Part shown: piece by piece, positions 19,912-27,838 of the stretch
Numbering within the stretch: the stretch's first letter is position 1
How the letters are laid out: each line of letters starts with the position of its first letter
Notes under the pieces: model-generated
Databases searched by the model: none
Told to the model about the DNA's origin: nothing
The model's input: only the letters and a program-made list of their open reading frames with translations
Origin: Giardia intestinalis
Taxonomy: Eukaryota
DNA: 64,000 nucleotides
Assembly (NCBI GenBank): GCA_000002435.2
Contig: CM018793.1
Direction: 5' to 3' (one strand)
Made by a program: the position numbers and the translations under genes

Positions 19912-22062
19912 ATGGGCTCGGACACAGTGACCGATTGGTTCAATGCCGCTTTTGACAATGATCACCGCTTCATCAAAGAAAATGTTGAAACGTATGCACG
20001 AACCATAGACTCCACCAAGGAGACAGCGCTCATGAAGGCTGCCAGACGCAATTGCGGGTCCGTGGTGGAGATCCTTTGCGATCATGAATCTGGGCTTTAT
20101 AATAGCCGTGGAGAGAGTGCCCTTATGCTAGCGATACAGAACAACAGCGTGGACTGTTTGGGTGTGCTCTGCGAATACGAGTCTGAACAAATGATCTCAA
20201 ATGGGGACACGCCCCTCCATTACGCCATTCGTATGGGCTGTGTTGAAGCCATCTCTTATTTGACAAGCCGTTATAAGAGAGCACGCTCTAGGGCCGACCG
20301 CACACCCCTCGAGTTTGCAGCTGAGTTGGGGTCCATTCGCTCTATCGAGCACTTGCTGGTCTCTGGTACCCCATATACACAATTAGAAATAGATCGGGCG
20401 ATTGAGCATGCTCGTGCATGTGGACAGATGGTGATCGTCTCTACTCTCCCGATCCTTTTTAAGAGGTACTGGCGTGTCGCAAATTCAAGACAAGACACAG
20501 GAGAGCCAGTAACAGTAGAAGATCTGCGAGCCTTCGAGCCTGAGCCTGCACCTGGAGGGCCTGTCGTTGACGGTCTAGCCCTGAAGAACGCTCTTTTGTC
20601 TGCCGGTGTCCCTGTCAGTGAAGCCAACTCTGTTGTCAGGTCTCTCAGCCAGCCGGCAATCCAATCTATGAGGCAGCTCGCTGCTCCAGCTCCGTGCACG
20701 GACAGCTTCAGAGAGCTTACTGATTCTATGCGACAGCTAGCGTATCCTAGTAACGAAACACTCGATCAGATCCACGAGTCGCAGAATGGGCCGCAGGTAT
20801 TGGCTTCCGCCTATCAGGATCCCGGTGCCGATGGCGTGGATTATGCGAACTTCATGGGGTTCAGAGGGAGACGTGACGACGAGTCGGTGATTTCGGCCGA
20901 TGTCGTGGATAACATCGTTGCCGTCAAGAATGCAGAGATTGCAAGGCTAGAGGACGCTCTTCGCGAGGCAAATGCTCGCCTTCGCATGGCTGAAGGTAAC
21001 GCGGCTGTGAGTCAGGCTAATAGGGTCACTGGGACCTCTTCGGGACACATAGACCGCAAGACACACGAGTATATTCCTGGGACAGTGGAGAGCCCACTCA
21101 ACTATTGTTCAAACAAGATCGCAAACGACGGAGGAGACCACCGTGCCGCTTATCGCGGGGATGTCTACTCAGCTTCTTGCAGCATCCAGTCTCCGAGCAG
21201 ATCGGGCAGGGCGAGCTCTCGTAGTAGAAGCCGCAGTAGCAGTCGTAGCACATCTCGCTCGCATTACGGTAAGGGCTATAGGCCGGAGGTCAAGCCCCGC
21301 ACCAACTCGGCGTCGAGCGTTGCTCGGTCTGATAGCGCTCGTACGTCTCAACTTAAACCTGAGACGCTGATTCCTCCTATGTCCCAGAGGCGCTTGCAAC
21401 CAGGCGCTGCTGGAGACTCTGATCTGATAATTGCAGTGAAGAACGGTGATATCATCAAATTCAGGAAGTATCTTCCCCACCAGACAAGACAGGTCGACTC
21501 TCGCGGACGCACTGCCCTCATGCATGCTGTAGATCGAAACAACACGCTGATGATCACGGAGCTGTGCAACATAGAAGCAGGAATTCAGGATGCGGATGGC
21601 ACCACGGCGCTCATGATAGCTGCGGCCCTAAATCTGCCCCTGGCTGTCTCAATGCTTGTGTCACACGAGAAGCGATTCACCAAGCGCATTGACGGCTCCA
21701 CGGCCCTTATGGCGGCTGCCTCCAATGGGAACATAGATTGTGTCGATATTCTTGCCCGCCACGAAAAGGGCATTCAGGCCCACGATGGATCAACGGCCCT
21801 AATTCATGCGATTCGTAATAATAGGCGCCGCTGTGCGTGCCTACTCTGGCCACTTGAGCACGCAATAGCAGACCGTGACGGCATCTCTCCGCGCGACTGG
21901 GCCAAAAGGTTTAACCGTCAAGAGATTCTCAAGGTGGTAGACTCGCATACCCCATCGAACACTGAGGCGAGGTCGAATATGTATCTTCCTCCTACTATAA
22001 ATCCATCCTATATGGTTCGTGATATCGAACATACTGTCAACCTCCTAAACACAAAAAAGTGA
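19912..22062 (+). CDS. Ankyrin-repeat protein, 21.1 family
   Basis: N-terminal TDWFNAAF…KETALMKA ankyrin block, a coiled-coil segment (AEIARLEDALREANARLRMAEG), an RS-rich tract (RSGRASSRSRSRSSSRSTSRS), and a C-terminal ankyrin block. Confidence 0.85.
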   Translation: MGSDTVTDWFNAAFDNDHRFIKENVETYARTIDSTKETALMKAARRNCGSVVEILCDHESGLYNSRGESALMLAIQNNSVDCLGVLCEYESEQMISNGDTPLHYAIRMGCVEAISYLTSRYKRARSRADRTPLEFAAELGSIRSIEHLLVSGTPYTQLEIDRAIEHARACGQMVIVSTLPILFKRYWRVANSRQDTGEPVTVEDLRAFEPEPAPGGPVVDGLALKNALLSAGVPVSEANSVVRSLSQPAIQSMRQLAAPAPCTDSFRELTDSMRQLAYPSNETLDQIHESQNGPQVLASAYQDPGADGVDYANFMGFRGRRDDESVISADVVDNIVAVKNAEIARLEDALREANARLRMAEGNAAVSQANRVTGTSSGHIDRKTHEYIPGTVESPLNYCSNKIANDGGDHRAAYRGDVYSASCSIQSPSRSGRASSRSRSRSSSRSTSRSHYGKGYRPEVKPRTNSASSVARSDSARTSQLKPETLIPPMSQRRLQPGAAGDSDLIIAVKNGDIIKFRKYLPHQTRQVDSRGRTALMHAVDRNNTLMITELCNIEAGIQDADGTTALMIAAALNLPLAVSMLVSHEKRFTKRIDGSTALMAAASNGNIDCVDILARHEKGIQAHDGSTALIHAIRNNRRRCACLLWPLEHAIADRDGISPRDWAKRFNRQEILKVVDSHTPSNTEARSNMYLPPTINPSYMVRDIEHTVNLLNTKK

Positions 22063-22064
22063 AT
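22058..22064 (+). promoter_or_regulatory. AGTGAAT poly(A) signal overlapping stop codon
   Basis: aaaaAGTGAATgtcc. The TGA stop is at 22060-22062. Confidence 0.5.
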
Positions 22065-22117
22065 GTCCTGTAAGTTTGGCGCGGTGACCCCCAAGTGTAT
22101 AAAATTCTCCACCCTGT

Positions 22118-22131
22118 GACATTTTTAAAAA
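22118..22131 (+). promoter_or_regulatory. A/T-rich initiator element
   Basis: gacatttttaaaaaATG lies immediately 5' of the 22132 start, in the Giardia-type initiator context. Confidence 0.45.
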
Positions 22132-24003
22132 ATGGTCGTTTCAACGCAGTCGGACTGGTTCCGTGCCATTGCGCAGAAGAACTACGGGGAGATCTCCGCA
22201 GCCTCAGCAGCGTTTTCGAAGTCTGTAGACCAAGAAGGGAACACGGGGCTCATGATTGCTGCCTCAAATAATGACGCGGAAATGTGTCGCATGCTGGGGC
22301 CTCTCGAGAAGGGCATGTTTAATAGGCACGGCGAAAACGCCATCACCATCGCCATTAAGAAGCGTGCGCTCGACTCTGTCCCCGTTCTGGCTCAGTTTGA
22401 GGCGTTTTATCGTCTGCGTGACGATTCGACCCCGCTACATTATGCTGTTCGCAATCTCTTCCCGGAGAGCATACCCTTCCTCGTCCACTATCTAAAGGAC
22501 AAACCTGATGGTCGTGGGATGACAGCACTGGACCTTGCCGCTGATCAGGGCAACGCAGTCGCTTGTGAGACAATTCTCAAGTATGGTGTTGGCTGGACCC
22601 CACTCCAGCTAGAACGCGCCGCTGAACATGCCAATCTTCATAGCTATCACACGGTTGCAAATCTCATCAGGGATTACAAGATGGACAGTACTCTTGCAAC
22701 CAAGCTCGCGGTCGACGCCGCAGTGATTCGTAACAGCATCGTCGGAAGCACTCTTAATCCCCTGGCTGCCGTTGACCCTGTTACGGCGAGTATCGAGAAT
22801 GCCGTCTTGTCATCGAGAATCACCGACGAAATCGCGCGTACCGGCCACTCCTCGACGTTAGATGCCGTGACAGCCTCGAAGCTTATTCCCCCGTCACTGG
22901 CTACAGCGTCTGCCATTACTGCCTCCCAGCTTGCTACTCGCGCTGCACTCGCCACGACTCCCTACTATAACCCAGTAGCTGCTCAGGCCGCTGCTACCCA
23001 AGCAGCCCTAACGGCATCTCAGCTCTACAACCCTCTTGTTCCAGGGTCGGCCACCGTTGCCACTGCCGCCGCGAACGCCGCAGCCACGGCAGCTGTCCAG
23101 GACACGCTTGTTCGCTCTGCGGTTGCCAACAACGTCTTGGCAGCCCAGCGCATATATGATCCGCTGTGGTTCCAGCCTTCTCTTGCCGCCACCGCCTCGT
23201 TCGTTGCAGCCAACAGGATCAACCAGGCTCTGACTGAGAGTGCAAGGATCCGGGCCAATGCCGCCTTGCACGCCGCCAATGCCGCTGCCGCCGCTGCAAC
23301 CGACAAGTCTGCAGCGGTAGCTTCCCTCAAGGCGACACTCGATGAGCTGGCTGAGTCCACTCCTGAGGCAGCGGCTATCAATAGCATTACTGCCTCCATG
23401 CGTGCCGAGAATTACGTTCTCGACAGCGCCACTGGCCGCTATCCTAATGGGGATACAGAACTGATAAACGCCGCAAAGAATGGAAACCTCAACTCTGTCC
23501 GTATCTTGTTGAACACGCAGGCGGGACTCATCAATAACCGCGGGAAGACCGCGCTCATATGTGCTGCTGAGCGCAACCACATAGCCTGCGTCTGTGAGCT
23601 CTCGCCCAAAGAGAGCGGCATGTCGGATTATGAAGGGATGACGGCACTTATGTACGGTGCGTCGTACGGCCTTCGCGAGGTTGTTACCGCCCTGCTACAT
23701 CCTGAAAAGCGCCTTTCTAGGCCGCGTGATGGAGGCACTGCCATGATGGCTGCGGCGGCTAATGGCCACTTTGACTGCGTAAAAGTTCTGCTCGACCACG
23801 AGCATGGAATGCAGTCGTTGGACGGAACGACTGCGCTGATCCTTGCCGTTAAGTTTAACCGTAGGCACGTGGCTCAACTCCTTTACAGCACCGAGTACGA
23901 CATCAAGGACTCCATGGGCAAGTCTGCGCGTGACTGGGCGACGGAGCTCAACAGAAATGCTATCCTTGAGGATATGAAGGAGTATGAGCGTGCAAGGTCT
24001 TAG
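22132..24003 (+). CDS. Ankyrin-repeat protein, 21.1 family, with Ala/Thr-rich repetitive core
   Basis: N-terminal QSDWFRAIAQKNY…GNTGLMIA ankyrin block, a central Ala-rich low-complexity region of about 200 aa (ATASAITASQLATRAALATTPYYNPVAAQAAATQAAL…), and a C-terminal ankyrin block. Confidence 0.85.
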   Translation: MVVSTQSDWFRAIAQKNYGEISAASAAFSKSVDQEGNTGLMIAASNNDAEMCRMLGPLEKGMFNRHGENAITIAIKKRALDSVPVLAQFEAFYRLRDDSTPLHYAVRNLFPESIPFLVHYLKDKPDGRGMTALDLAADQGNAVACETILKYGVGWTPLQLERAAEHANLHSYHTVANLIRDYKMDSTLATKLAVDAAVIRNSIVGSTLNPLAAVDPVTASIENAVLSSRITDEIARTGHSSTLDAVTASKLIPPSLATASAITASQLATRAALATTPYYNPVAAQAAATQAALTASQLYNPLVPGSATVATAAANAAATAAVQDTLVRSAVANNVLAAQRIYDPLWFQPSLAATASFVAANRINQALTESARIRANAALHAANAAAAAATDKSAAVASLKATLDELAESTPEAAAINSITASMRAENYVLDSATGRYPNGDTELINAAKNGNLNSVRILLNTQAGLINNRGKTALICAAERNHIACVCELSPKESGMSDYEGMTALMYGASYGLREVVTALLHPEKRLSRPRDGGTAMMAAAANGHFDCVKVLLDHEHGMQSLDGTTALILAVKFNRRHVAQLLYSTEYDIKDSMGKSARDWATELNRNAILEDMKEYERARS

Positions 24004-24069
24004 GCTCTCTTCTGGACCTGCGCTGCAAAGTGTAAATGAATCTCTGGTAGCGTTAGGAAGAATAAAAAG

Positions 24070-25503
24070 ATGTCCTTCCGGGATCCCGATCAGTGGTTTT
24101 GCGCGATACGGGAACGCAATTTAGAGGCTATCAAGGCGAATGCCGAGCGATTTGCAGGAGCCCGTGGGCCTCATGGAGAGACGGGACTAATGCTGGCGGC
24201 AAAACTGAATATTCCAGAAGTTGTCTTTTTCTTAGCCCCTCGTGAAAAAGGGTGCTACAATCATGACGGAGATACGGCGCTAAAACTGGCTATGGACGAA
24301 CACAATTTTGCATGCATTGATGAGCTTTTGCACTACGAGATACACCTAAAGACATCGAAGGGCTCCACACCTCTTCACTCGGCTGTTCGGCAAAATCTTC
24401 TGGGCTACCTATCTGTCTTGGTCAGATACTGGAAGAGCACACCTGATGGCCAGGGGCTGAGTGCTTTAGATCTAGCGGCGCAGCTGGGGCATGACGAAGC
24501 AGCAGAGTATCTACTCAAGCACGGCTCCTTCACTCATCAGGAGGCAGAGCACGCAAGTGAGGTTGCTAGAGGGGCAAATCACTATATGCTTGCAAGGAGC
24601 ATATTGTCTGTTGCAGCACAGTTCTGCGATCAGTCGGCAACTGAGTCGCGGCGAGCAATGGTGTCTCATCATCAAAGCAGTAGAAGTATAGGCAAATCGA
24701 TTACTGAAGACTCTGCACACGGACCTTCGCTTCCGCTCCCAATCTCTGATCGCTCCAGGTCCTTTAGACACTCATATCTTGATAAGGACAATACCGAAAC
24801 CCTTGCAAGCACGCCAGAACTCTATGCCTTTAACTGCCCACGATGTAGGACCATGTTTGAATCTATGGCTAAGCGGCTAAAAGAGACGACAGCTGAGTGT
24901 CGCAGGCTGAAAGAAGAGCTGTCTCGGAGACATGCCAGCGACAAGGGGTCTTCATCGACAAGTGCACTTGTGGAAAAGACGCCAGATCCCAAGCCAATAG
25001 GTCTTAAGACAACGCTAGCCGAGACAGCGCCCCCAGTAAGAGCCCCACAAATGCCCTTTCTGTCGTTCGACACAGACAATAATGCTCCAGGAGAACCGAG
25101 TGGGAGCAGCTTCAGCATAGCAATTGGCCACGACAACCCCCAATCGTCCATCCTTGTTCCCCCGACCATTACTCATGGACTTGATCGACAAAACATTAGT
25201 GGCAGAGCTGAGTCCACAAACCATAGCCTAAGGAGCATTCGAGGCGGGGGACCTTCACTGCACAGTGTTGAGCGGAATAATCCTCTCCACACTCCAGAAT
25301 ACTATAACGCTACGAACCAGTCTCCATCCTACCTGCAACGCATTGCAGCATTGCGTTCGCAAGCTTCAGCGACTCCGCTCCAAGTCCCTGAGCGTGCGGT
25401 TTCCCACAACTTAAATCGTAAGGTGTCTCCTTTGACTCAGGATAACTCCACATATAGCATATCGTCCCTCAGACCATCATCTTACGAGACTACTAGCCAC
25501 TAA
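24070..25503 (+). CDS. Ankyrin-repeat protein (21.1-like N-terminal plus middle portion), possibly the 5' part of a disrupted gene
   Basis: PDQWFCAIRERN…GETGLMLA ankyrin block followed by a Ser/Pro-rich tail. It lacks the C-terminal ankyrin block found in its paralogs. Stop is at 25501-25503. Confidence 0.7.
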   Translation: MSFRDPDQWFCAIRERNLEAIKANAERFAGARGPHGETGLMLAAKLNIPEVVFFLAPREKGCYNHDGDTALKLAMDEHNFACIDELLHYEIHLKTSKGSTPLHSAVRQNLLGYLSVLVRYWKSTPDGQGLSALDLAAQLGHDEAAEYLLKHGSFTHQEAEHASEVARGANHYMLARSILSVAAQFCDQSATESRRAMVSHHQSSRSIGKSITEDSAHGPSLPLPISDRSRSFRHSYLDKDNTETLASTPELYAFNCPRCRTMFESMAKRLKETTAECRRLKEELSRRHASDKGSSSTSALVEKTPDPKPIGLKTTLAETAPPVRAPQMPFLSFDTDNNAPGEPSGSSFSIAIGHDNPQSSILVPPTITHGLDRQNISGRAESTNHSLRSIRGGGPSLHSVERNNPLHTPEYYNATNQSPSYLQRIAALRSQASATPLQVPERAVSHNLNRKVSPLTQDNSTYSISSLRPSSYETTSH

Positions 25504-25571
25504 CTCGGACTTTGCATCCCAATTTAAGGCACGTTGTTACATTACTTTTGCGTCAAAAGTTGGACGCTCCA

Positions 25572-26198
25572 ATGTCACGGCCGCCAAATGGAAAGAATGA
25601 TGACAAGTGGGAGATTATGGGGGAACCAACAGAGTACGTCTACACTATAACAACTAATCGAGCTTTTACAGCCCTCATGGAGGCCGCCCGAGCGGATGCG
25701 TTAGAGGATGTTTTGAACTACTCCAGCACGCAGGCACGCATGACAACTCCTACCGGGCAGACTGCATTAATGATTGCTGCAGAAGCAGGAAACTTCAACT
25801 CTGCACGGGTGCTTTTGCCGCTGGAGAAAGGCATGCAGACGAACGACGGACGTACCGCACTCATGCATGCTGCGGCAGCAGGCTCTATCTCTCTTACCAA
25901 GCTTCTCATTCCGCACGAAGCAAAGATTACCAGTGAACGGGACGGTCACACGGCGTTGATGGAGGCAGCTAGGGAAGGCCACTGTGGGGTTGTGGAGATT
26001 CTTCTCCAGCACGAAGTCGGTATGCGGCAGTACATGGGTTTGACCGCTCTAATTTACGCCATCCATGAGGGACACAGTGAGTGCGTCGCAGCCCTTGCAG
26101 AGGCCGAGAGCCACCTCTGCTCATATGATGGGAAGAGCCCAGTTGTGCATGCACTTGACACCGGCAACAAGTATTTGTTTCCATATTTGAAGATCTGA
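25572..26198 (+). CDS. Ankyrin-repeat protein fragment (21.1-type C-terminal block), possibly the 3' part of a disrupted gene
   Basis: An open frame begins 9 nt after the upstream stop, in a different frame. Track start 25512 is TTG; the first ATG is at 25572. Consists only of G.TALM.AA ankyrin repeats. Confidence 0.55.
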   Translation: MSRPPNGKNDDKWEIMGEPTEYVYTITTNRAFTALMEAARADALEDVLNYSSTQARMTTPTGQTALMIAAEAGNFNSARVLLPLEKGMQTNDGRTALMHAAAAGSISLTKLLIPHEAKITSERDGHTALMEAAREGHCGVVEILLQHEVGMRQYMGLTALIYAIHEGHSECVAALAEAESHLCSYDGKSPVVHALDTGNKYLFPYLKI

Positions 26199-26204
26199 CG
26201 GGGA

Positions 26205-26211
26205 ATTTACT
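26205..26211 (-). promoter_or_regulatory. AGTAAAT poly(A) signal overlapping stop codon
   Basis: Minus strand reads ctAGTAAATtcc. The TAG stop of the 26210..27772 gene lies inside the motif. Confidence 0.45.
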
Positions 26212-27772
26212 AGTACGCTGGAAGGCTCCTAACCATTTGGACTTCGTGTTCATCAGTCCTTCTGCCTGTCCTCTGCAGCGCTTTAGTCACGTTGCAGCTG
26301 CGGAGCATGGTGCTGGATTTAGTTCCCTCTTTGAGTATTGGTGCTGTTGCCGTATTTTGTTGTCCTCCACTAAAGTCTCTAAGGGTGACCGCTGTGCTTC
26401 GAGCCGCGTTGAACTCGTTATAATATTCTCTGTCGTATGTCTCTGATGCATCTACCAGCCTGTCAACAACCTTACGCCAATGCCCTATGTTACTTGCTTC
26501 TTTACGGCCCACAGTGGGCTTTTCGTGTTCTAGCAAGGTTGCTCTAGATGGCCCCGGCAGGGTTTCGCAGAGCTCAGATGCTGTGCGGTACTTCTTCACT
26601 CCCACGACCTGACCTGCATGGGGCATGTGGGAGTCGTCTGCATAGAGCTCCACCTTTTTCTTATACACATGCTCACTTGGGCACGGCTGGTACTCGGGTA
26701 CTATGTGTGGATTGAGTTTAGTATAGGCAATGTACTTCTCGCGATCGTGCTCTAGTTCGTACTTTGTTTCGACAGAAGGGGCGTCTTTATGCGAAGGAAC
26801 ATAGGCAGTAGGGTCGGCCTTGGACATAGGGTTATCATAAGTTTCATCTCCTATGGACCTTTTAATTCCAAAGCCCTTCTTTTCAGCTCCCGAGTAGCTG
26901 TGACTGAGTCTTCTTCCGATGAAATCTGCCGAGTAGATCGGTGGCTGCTTGTTACCACTGATTGCTCCGCATAAAAATGCATAGTCTTTATCTCTAATTG
27001 ATGGATCATGCGGGTCTTTCCCATAATATCTTCTACACTTGTCGCTGAGTTTGTTGAAGCTGTACATGGCTTTCGCCCCCTCAATGTCAATACACGATTG
27101 AGTGTCCTTGGTGGTCTTTCGCAGCGAGCCGTACAGCCTCTCCCGTTTGATACGGTCGTTTTCCAAAATGTCATCGGCCTTGAGTGAAAGGTCTCCCCGT
27201 TCGACTACGTTTCGATTGAGCAGTTTTTCATTTGTTAGGGTGCACCCCGAAGCTACAGGTTGCTCTGCGTGCTTCCACTGATAAATGGGGTTGTTGGGGT
27301 TGAAGTCTGCCTGTCTGAACTCGTATGGTTTGGGGTCGTTAATGCTTACGTCTGAACTGAGCATCATGTAGTCGATTGTTCGGGGCCTGATCTCCTTGAC
27401 CTCTGTTCTCTGTTCTGCAATGTCGCTGACGTCTAGATTTGTGTTGCGGACCTTCTTAGTGTAAAGAGGCTTTGATTTGGCACCTTCAATGTCGGATATA
27501 TCTATCTGGTCCCGCAGAAAGCGCGGGGGCGTGACGGGCCTTTCTTCGACAGTCGGTAGCTTGTAATCCGGTTCCAGTGGGTCCACGCTTCGGTTTGTTC
27601 GAAAGTCCTTGGAATGCGGTTGCGCGCCTTCGATGTCATCTGTCTTCAGCGAGGAGAAAACCCGCGTGCCAGATTGCCGTATTACGGGAAGCTTTTCCGG
27701 GTAGCAACTGATGACCTTGTCTGCCCTTAGCTCCTTTGTGTGATAGTGCAGTGGTCCATCGCCAGGCTGCAT
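26210..27772 (-). CDS. Hypothetical protein with dispersed DIEGA[KQ] repeats
   Basis: 520 aa. ATG 27772 is preceded by aatttcaaaaATG. Motifs KTDDIEGAQP (aa 46-50), SDIEGAKSKP (aa 94-98) and CIDIEGAKAM (aa 229-233). Otherwise no recognised domain. Confidence 0.6.
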   Translation of the reverse strand: MQPGDGPLHYHTKELRADKVISCYPEKLPVIRQSGTRVFSSLKTDDIEGAQPHSKDFRTNRSVDPLEPDYKLPTVEERPVTPPRFLRDQIDISDIEGAKSKPLYTKKVRNTNLDVSDIAEQRTEVKEIRPRTIDYMMLSSDVSINDPKPYEFRQADFNPNNPIYQWKHAEQPVASGCTLTNEKLLNRNVVERGDLSLKADDILENDRIKRERLYGSLRKTTKDTQSCIDIEGAKAMYSFNKLSDKCRRYYGKDPHDPSIRDKDYAFLCGAISGNKQPPIYSADFIGRRLSHSYSGAEKKGFGIKRSIGDETYDNPMSKADPTAYVPSHKDAPSVETKYELEHDREKYIAYTKLNPHIVPEYQPCPSEHVYKKKVELYADDSHMPHAGQVVGVKKYRTASELCETLPGPSRATLLEHEKPTVGRKEASNIGHWRKVVDRLVDASETYDREYYNEFNAARSTAVTLRDFSGGQQNTATAPILKEGTKSSTMLRSCNVTKALQRTGRRTDEHEVQMVRSLPAY

Positions 27773-27838
27773 TTTTGAAATTTACAAGGGTTAGAGATAA
27801 TGGCTTTGAAGAGTACGCGGGCCAAGGCATTAAGAATG

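Noticed and set aside
23008-23580. 190-aa and 124-aa minus-strand ORFs (23008..23580, 23025..23399) plus a 65-aa plus-strand ORF inside the ankyrin gene 22132..24003
   Set aside because: They arise from the poly-Ala (GCN-rich) tract, which stays open in several frames. The sense ankyrin reading frame is continuous and family-consistent.
25504-25571. ORF-track start at 25512 for the downstream ankyrin fragment
   Set aside because: The codon at 25512 is TTG, from the alternative-start convention of the track. The first ATG in that frame is at 25572 and was used instead. The same correction was applied at 16316 (GTG), 33337 (TTG), 61286 (TTG), 10791 (TTG) and 16627 (GTG).
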